A program made the translations under genes and the position numbers. From a virus, in IMG/VR virus record IMGVR_UViG_3300026250_000243: DNA of 20,416 nt; one strand, written 5' to 3'. This document shows, in pieces, positions 1 to 5,385 of the stretch (position 1 is its first letter; each line of letters opens with the position of its first letter). A model generated the notes under the pieces. The model ran no database searches. It saw only the letters and a list, made by a program, of their open reading frames with translations, and was not told the origin of the DNA.

Positions 1-44
1 CTCCGAGGTCGCTTCTATCGGGGGGCATCGCCATCGATTCCCGG

Positions 45-127
45 GCGGGGGTTGCCAAGTGGCCAAAGGCGCGGGACTTAAGATCCCGTCTCGCAGGAGT
101 TCGCGGGTTCGAATCCCGTTCCCCGCA
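45..127 (+). tRNA. trnL: tRNA-Leu (anticodon TAA), long variable arm, CCA not encoded
   Basis: Acceptor stem GCGGGGG(45-51)/TCCCCGC(120-126) plus discriminator A127; anticodon stem CGGGA/TCCCG with loop CTTAAGA (TAA at 79-81); variable arm CTC-GCAG-GAG; T-arm GCGGG-TTCGAAT-CCCGT. Confidence 0.97.
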
Positions 128-128
128 C
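112..128 (+). repeat. attL core (tRNA 3' end) AATCCCGTTCCCCGCAC
   Basis: Identical to 20066-20082. Confidence 0.92.
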
Positions 129-141
129 CTCATTACCAGTA

Positions 142-153
142 AAGCTTAAATAG
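142..153 (+). promoter_or_regulatory. BRE/TATA-like promoter (AAGCTTAAATAG) of the RHH-integrase operon
   Basis: TTAAATA at 146-152; the same 12-mer lies on the minus strand at 13240-13251, upstream of another gene. Confidence 0.6.
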
Positions 154-185
154 TATTGGGTCCACTTATTTATTTGGTGGATGCC

Positions 186-695
186 TTGGTTAAGCCTGAC
201 AAGTCTCGTTATGTCTACGTCTATCTTCCTTCTGCTGAGGATAAGGCGCGCTGGGATAAGCTCGCCTCGGAGGCAGGCGTTCCTCTTTCAAAGTTCGTGA
301 TCGAGATCGTGGAGAATGCCCTGGCTGAAGAGTCGGATATCAAGCCTCGCGCGGAGATTGTCAAAGAGCTGGGATCTCTGAAGGACGAGATCCGAAAGCT
401 ACAGGATGAGCTGAGACTCAAGAACGTTGTTCTCGACAAGTACGAGAATGAACTCAAGAGATATCGGAGTGCTACCTTTTTAGATGACGACTTCAAAGGT
501 ACCAGAGAGTACAGCAAGGGACTCATCAACATCTTGAAGCGAGGCAATGTTATTGATAGCTACAAGATTCTTGAAGAGCTTGGCATCGATCCTCGCGACG
601 CGGATCTGGTTAAGGCCGTAACAGTGGAGCTTGATAATCTTGAGGCATATGGTCTAATCACATCCACCCCACGGGGCTGGAGGTGGGTTGAATGA
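186..695 (+). CDS. Integrase-associated protein: N-terminal ribbon-helix-helix, central coiled coil, C-terminal winged-helix-like region
   Basis: YVYVYLPSAEDKARWDKLASEAGVPLSKFVIEIVENAL fits a strand-helix-helix RHH pattern; heptads in LKDEIRKLQDELRLKNVVLDKYENELKR; stop overlaps the integrase ATG (ATGA 692-695). The track start at 156 lies inside the promoter; TTG186 after GGTGG is preferred, with 174 or 177 possible. Confidence 0.8.
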   Translation: MVKPDKSRYVYVYLPSAEDKARWDKLASEAGVPLSKFVIEIVENALAEESDIKPRAEIVKELGSLKDEIRKLQDELRLKNVVLDKYENELKRYRSATFLDDDFKGTREYSKGLINILKRGNVIDSYKILEELGIDPRDADLVKAVTVELDNLEAYGLITSTPRGWRWVE

Positions 696-1675
696 TGAGA
701 ACATCCGACATGGAGTTTGAGACAGGTCTTCGACCTTCAAGAGAGAGCCTCCCAGATATCAACTACCTGATCGAAGAGTACAAAGACGACTGTGAGAGAA
801 GAGGTCTGACAAGAGAAACCATCAGAAGATACCTCTCATCTATAGGAATATTCGTCCAGTATCTTGAGGATAACAAGCTAGACCTATACTCGTCCGACAG
901 GGATATTCTCAGGAGATTTCTCGATTACCTCCGAAGAGACCGCAAAATAAAGCAGAGGACCGTTGAGAACTACTTTGCCGCCTTATCAAGCTTTTACGAG
1001 TTTCTTGAGTATGAGAAGTATATCGATAAGAATTCGGTTCAATCAATAAGAAAGCGGTACATACGGCGCTTCAAAGATAACGACGAAGGCCAGATGCGTA
1101 AGCTCATCTCCATCGAAGAGATGACACACCTCATCAACTCCACCATGGAAAGCCGCGACAAGGCTGTAATCACCCTTCTCGCGAAGACGGGGATCAGGAG
1201 GCGAGAGCTGATCACGCTTGACGTCGATGATATTGACTGGGTGGAGCAGAGCATAAGGCTCAAGCCAACGCCCAAGAGGACGAATAGGATAATTTTCTTC
1301 GACGACGAGACCGCCTTCATCCTGAAGAGGTGGCTACGATCCAGAGGATCGCGCAGCAATATCAAGTCTAAGGCCCTCTTCATCAACGGCGTTGGCAATC
1401 GACTAGACCGTAACGGCGTCTACACCGCCGTCACCAAGGCAGCGGAGTTTGTGGGATTACACGACCCCACCTCCGACCGGATGGAAGACCACTTCTCGCC
1501 TCACTGTTGCCGCCACTGGTTCACCACCCACCTCCGACGGGCGGGGATGCCCCGCGAATTCATCCAGGAGCTGAGGGGAGATGTGAGGAAGGAGGCCATC
1601 GATATCTACGATCACATAGACCGAAAGGAGCTTCGCGAAAGCTACCTCGCCCATATCCCGCAACTGGGGATATAG
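692..1675 (+). CDS. int: Tyrosine recombinase/integrase (XerC/D-like fold, probably SNJ2-type archaeal integrase)
   Basis: Catalytic motifs LAKTGIRRREL (R), LKPTPKR (K), HCCRHWF (HxxR), ELRGD...IDIYDHI (Y); N-terminal SAM-like core-binding domain; SD GGAGGTG upstream; gene is intact. Confidence 0.95.
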   Translation: MMRTSDMEFETGLRPSRESLPDINYLIEEYKDDCERRGLTRETIRRYLSSIGIFVQYLEDNKLDLYSSDRDILRRFLDYLRRDRKIKQRTVENYFAALSSFYEFLEYEKYIDKNSVQSIRKRYIRRFKDNDEGQMRKLISIEEMTHLINSTMESRDKAVITLLAKTGIRRRELITLDVDDIDWVEQSIRLKPTPKRTNRIIFFDDETAFILKRWLRSRGSRSNIKSKALFINGVGNRLDRNGVYTAVTKAAEFVGLHDPTSDRMEDHFSPHCCRHWFTTHLRRAGMPREFIQELRGDVRKEAIDIYDHIDRKELRESYLAHIPQLGI

Positions 1676-1736
1676 CTTCTGTGTGAGTAAACCCTAAGAA
1701 TAGTAAAATCAAATAAAACTGAAGAGTGCCGTCATC

Positions 1737-1746
1737 TTTATATATA
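1737..1746 (+). promoter_or_regulatory. TATA box TTTATATATA pointing into the hairpin region downstream of the DUF3800-like gene
   Basis: Strong archaeal TATA sequence with no plus-strand ORF downstream; expected start site ~1765-1770. Confidence 0.45.
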
Positions 1747-1769
1747 GGGCATAAGATAGGTATAGGTAA

Positions 1770-1842
1770 TCCAATTGCTTGGAGGTGGATGTCCGGAAGG
1801 ACAGCGTAGGGGGATCATGGGCTGACCCCCACGGGACCCCTA
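1770..1842 (+). ncRNA. Candidate structured small RNA next to the DUF3800-like gene (strand uncertain)
   Basis: Three tandem hairpins: TCCAA-ttgc-TTGGA (1770-1783), TGTCC-GGAA-GGACA with a GNRA loop (1790-1803), and a G/C-rich stem 1806-1832. DUF3800-associated RNA motifs are known from comparative RNA screens. Confidence 0.45.
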
Positions 1843-2634
1843 TTATAACAACACTTTTCCGTATCCCCATATCCGACCTTCAGATTTTCTGCAGTTGTAT
1901 TTTCCATTCATAATTTCAGATAATTTTAGCGCAAAATCGGTCCTATCGTCGGCGATCAGACCCTTCTCCACAAGAATTTGCTTTTTAATATCATATGCAA
2001 GCAAATCTGCGAGTTGTAAGCCCGAAATGTTTTTATCTTTTTTCTTCATTTTAATCTTATGGCTAGTGAGTGTCTGATTAAAAAATGAGGGTTTATGATA
2101 ACGCGTGCCAAAGTTGAATAAATAATCATACGCTCGGTTGAGTTTTTCATCTTCAGTTCGACCACGACTTTCTACCATTACATCCCCCACAGCATTGTAG
2201 AAATTCAAATAGCCACAGTAGCGTTCTAAGAGTACTGCCAGACAATAATGATAAGGATGAAACGCCGCGTTCCCATACCGCTCATAATGATTTTTTTTGT
2301 CAATTGTTACTCCAATAATCACATATTCCTGGGAGGCGAAGAACTTTTGCAAATCGATATTGAACGCAATTTCTTTCTCTTTATCTCTCAATACCTTAAA
2401 TACTCCTTTTTTATCCACTATATCTCTGCGATGAAAAATAACCGGATCGTTATCGGGACATTGATGGAAATGAATATCTTTAAGCGCCTCCATTGTTGAG
2501 TGGAAGCATGAATTATAATTATGAGATTCTATAAAAGTACCCACTAAACATAAGTATCTGTTATTATTTTCATCTAAATCCCCTGTAGTATGATCCCCAG
2601 ATTCATCGACATAGAGACGATAACGTTTTTTCAT
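1843..2634 (-). CDS. DUF3800-family protein (RNase H-like fold, putative nuclease)
   Basis: Motifs YRLYVDESG, VESRG...D and SGLQLADLLAY. Start ATG 2634 follows a GGTGA SD; TATAAA on the minus strand at 2676-2681; low GC (19/60 at 1981-2040). Confidence 0.85.
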   Translation of the reverse strand: MKKRYRLYVDESGDHTTGDLDENNNRYLCLVGTFIESHNYNSCFHSTMEALKDIHFHQCPDNDPVIFHRRDIVDKKGVFKVLRDKEKEIAFNIDLQKFFASQEYVIIGVTIDKKNHYERYGNAAFHPYHYCLAVLLERYCGYLNFYNAVGDVMVESRGRTEDEKLNRAYDYLFNFGTRYHKPSFFNQTLTSHKIKMKKKDKNISGLQLADLLAYDIKKQILVEKGLIADDRTDFALKLSEIMNGKYNCRKSEGRIWGYGKVLL

Positions 2635-3073
2635 TTTACTCACCAATTATCGATATTCCGTAATATGAATGCTGGTTTATACCTCTTTTGCCAGAAAAGA
2701 GAGGGACTCGGAGATATACACGAGTTAGTCGGAGGCGAAACCTACTCGCTTCCCCGTGCTGTCACTCTTACACTATTTTATTCCTCGATTCAAATTGAAT
2801 TCATAGATACATTTTTATGGTAGATTCTTATGTAACTAACCGTACAAGATGGATAGGAGGCAGGCTACATAAGAAAATCTGGGGGGGCGGAGCTTCACTT
2901 ATCCCAGAGCGAAGGCCCGGAAGCCGAAGGCGGAGGCGCTAGGGTTCCGATCCCTCATTTAGTTATTTTACCCTGTGATAACGTATATTGCATAGGGTCA
3001 CATAACCGACACCGAAACATTTTTCGGCGATCATGACAGTTCCCCACGCCAGAGGAGGGAGATTAAGACGAGA

Positions 3074-3745
3074 GTGAGATCGATTTTGGCCCTGTTGATC
3101 CTGGCCTATCTTTTGCCGATCCTGGCGGCGGCGGCCCCCGACGAGGCGAGCGGGATAGTTACCAACGTGGTGGACGGCGACACCTTCGACCTCAGAATCG
3201 ATAAGACCGACCCCCGGATCATCTATGAAATCGAGCGGGTGAGGCTGGCGGATGTGGACTCCCCGGAGATGAGCACGCCAGACGGACCGCCGGCGAAGGT
3301 CTTCGCCACCGATATCCTGTTGGGGAAAAAGGTCTGGCTGGATATCGATGATAAATCGAGGGACGGGCGGGACCCTTACGGCCGGCTTATCGCCGTGGTC
3401 TATCTGGAGGACCGGGACGGGACGATCAACACCACCCACCCCTTTAACCGGCTTCTGGTGGATGCCGGCCATGCCGTAGTTAAGGATTTCACAAACAACG
3501 AGTTCGACCCGGCGACGTGGTGGGAGGAGGGGATACCTCAGCCCGAACTATCCCCGGTCCCGGAGATCTCCACCACAACCGCGAAGAGCGGGCAATTTGT
3601 GGGGTCTCTGGAGTCGGATAAGTACCATTATCCCTCCTGCAGGTGGGCGAAAAAGATTCTGCCTCAAAATGAGATCTGGTTCTCAAGTTCTCAGGATGCG
3701 AGGGCGGCGGGATACGTACCTTGTGGGGTGTGCAAGCCGCCATGA
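3074..3745 (+). CDS. Secreted thermonuclease (SNase-like) with C-terminal Ada-like Zn-binding domain
   Basis: Hydrophobic signal peptide; VVDGDTF, RVRLADVDSPE and DPYGRLIAVVY motifs; C-terminal KYHYPSC...GYVPCGVCKP. Confidence 0.9.
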   Translation: MRSILALLILAYLLPILAAAAPDEASGIVTNVVDGDTFDLRIDKTDPRIIYEIERVRLADVDSPEMSTPDGPPAKVFATDILLGKKVWLDIDDKSRDGRDPYGRLIAVVYLEDRDGTINTTHPFNRLLVDAGHAVVKDFTNNEFDPATWWEEGIPQPELSPVPEISTTTAKSGQFVGSLESDKYHYPSCRWAKKILPQNEIWFSSSQDARAAGYVPCGVCKPP

Positions 3746-4140
3746 AGATAAGAGTCGTCAACTCTAGGGACCAGATAGCGAAACTTGATCCAAGGGAGAG
3801 GGTCGTCCATCTGGCCTTCCCCCTCCCCGCCGTCGTCCTCTTCGAGCTGATGAAAAGATGCCCCCGACTGAAGGCTATCGAGGTCCCTCCATCGCGGTTC
3901 ACAATGCTTTCTAAGCCTACTATGTGCCTCCTGGAGGTCCAGGGGGTGAAGGTCTTTCCGGGGCTGGTATGGGGCCATAGGACCGACATAGACGAATATT
4001 ACACCGTTGATGAGGGGGCGATCCTCCAGAGGGCGGGGGAGCTCCGGGCCGAGGGGCTGGACTCCGAGGAGATCGTCGCGAAGGTGGCGGAGGAGGCGGG
4101 GGTCTCACCGGGGCTGGTGGGGTTCATCTTAGGGATGTGA
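3742..4140 (+). CDS. DUF1699-family protein with HTH-like C-terminus
   Basis: MKIRVVNSR...ERVVHLAF...VWGHRTDIDEYY matches the Methanosarcinales DUF1699 pattern; ATG3742 overlaps the nuclease stop (ATGA). Confidence 0.82.
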   Translation: MKIRVVNSRDQIAKLDPRERVVHLAFPLPAVVLFELMKRCPRLKAIEVPPSRFTMLSKPTMCLLEVQGVKVFPGLVWGHRTDIDEYYTVDEGAILQRAGELRAEGLDSEEIVAKVAEEAGVSPGLVGFILGM

Positions 4141-4164
4141 CACCAAAACCTTTTTCGTATAATG
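4081..4164 (+). repeat. Copy A of an 84-bp diverged direct repeat (DUF1699 3' end plus downstream motif)
   Basis: 63/84 identical to 5268-5351 by hand alignment. Confidence 0.8.
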
Positions 4165-4297
4165 AAGCGTGGCATTGAGGCGTATAGCATCGATCGACTA
4201 CAAGGACGAGGCCCGAGCCCGAAGAAGAAGAAGAAGCATAAAGTCAAGAGGTGGCGATCGGGACGGAGAGCACGTTCATGCGGGGAGGTGTTTGGTG

Positions 4298-5221
4298 ATG
4301 ATAGGCAAATTACAGAGGGTTCCGCTTCGCGAAGTATGGAAATATGAAGCTTTAGAGTTCACGCCTTGGCTTCGAGATAATATCGATGTACTTAATGATG
4401 TGCTTGATCTCTTCTTATCTAATGCAGAAAGTGAGCAATCGGCTGGCGATTTCAATGTTGACCTAGTTGCAGAAGATGAAGCGGGAAATCCGGTCATAAT
4501 CGAGAACCAGCTTGAGAAGAGCGATCACGATCATTTGGGGAAACTCATCACCTACTTAACCGCAATAAATGCAAAACAAGCAATCTGGATAGTAGCTTAT
4601 CCTCGCCCTGAACACGTAGCTGCTATATCCTGGCTTAATGAATCTTCAGCAGCGTCTTTTTACCTGCTAAAGGTTGAAGCCGTCAAAATAGGCGAATCTC
4701 TTCCAGCGCCTCTATTGACTTTAATCGTCGGCCCAAGCAAGGTGGGTCGTGAAGTAGGCGAGATCAAAGAGAAATTGGCAGAAAGGGAAGTGCTCCGTCG
4801 TCGTTTCTGGGAAGCTTTACTCGAAAGAGCAAAGGATAGGACAAAACTTCACACAAATCTAACCCCAGGACCGTCCAATTGGATGGGAACAGGAGCAGGC
4901 AAAGCTGGCCTTACTTACCAATATAATATTCGACAGCACGATACGATGGTGTTGCTTTATATCGATCAAGGTAAGGATTCATACGACCAGAATAAAGAGG
5001 TATTCGATACATTCTATGCGTCTAAGGATGCCATAGAAGCTGATTTTGGGGGCACCCTGGAGTGGGAACGGCTTGATGACAGAAAGTCATGTCGAATTAT
5101 GAAAACGATAGATCTTGGAGGCTATCGTGATGAAGATAAGTGGCCAGAAGTGCATGATGCGATGATAGATGCAATGATACGCCTCGAAAAAGCAATTCGA
5201 CCACATATAGCGAGCTTATAG
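4298..5221 (+). CDS. NucS/EndoMS-like PD-(D/E)xK nuclease fused to a DUF4268-like domain
   Basis: DLVAEDEAGNPVIIENQLEKSDHDHLGKLITY nuclease core; C-terminal RRRFWEALL...LEWERLDDRKSCRI...MIRLEKA region; start ATG4298 after SD GGAGGTG (4284-4290). Confidence 0.8.
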   Translation: MIGKLQRVPLREVWKYEALEFTPWLRDNIDVLNDVLDLFLSNAESEQSAGDFNVDLVAEDEAGNPVIIENQLEKSDHDHLGKLITYLTAINAKQAIWIVAYPRPEHVAAISWLNESSAASFYLLKVEAVKIGESLPAPLLTLIVGPSKVGREVGEIKEKLAEREVLRRRFWEALLERAKDRTKLHTNLTPGPSNWMGTGAGKAGLTYQYNIRQHDTMVLLYIDQGKDSYDQNKEVFDTFYASKDAIEADFGGTLEWERLDDRKSCRIMKTIDLGGYRDEDKWPEVHDAMIDAMIRLEKAIRPHIASL

Positions 5222-5267
5222 GTGTAATTCATAACTTTATTCTATTTGGCCGATTGAGTCTTGAGAG

Positions 5268-5327
5268 ATCGTGGCGAGGGAAGCAGGGGTATCGCAGGGG
5301 GCGGTGGGATTCATCCTGGGAAGATAA
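5268..5327 (+). pseudogene. Remnant 3' end of a second DUF1699-like gene
   Basis: Translates as IVAREAGVSQGAVGFILGR*, against KVAEEAGVSPGLVGFILGM* at the end of 3742-4140; in-frame stop at 5262-5264 and no start codon. Confidence 0.75.
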
Positions 5328-5351
5328 CACCAAAACGTTTTTCACATAATG
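5268..5351 (+). repeat. Copy B of the 84-bp diverged direct repeat
   Basis: CACCAAAACGTTTTTCACATAATG (5328-5351) against CACCAAAACCTTTTTCGTATAATG (4141-4164), 21/24 identical. Confidence 0.8.
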
Positions 5352-5385
5352 GTACGTGCTATTCAGTCGTAGGGAGACGTTCGAG

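Noticed and set aside
692-1675. SSV1/pNOB8-type split integrase
   Set aside because: The integrase is full length and att lies outside the gene; no Int fragment was seen near attR.
4162-4347. (GAA)5 repeat at 4221-4236, the 61-aa ORF, and the 4169 start extension
   Set aside because: Low-complexity intergenic sequence; the SD-supported start of the nuclease is ATG4298.
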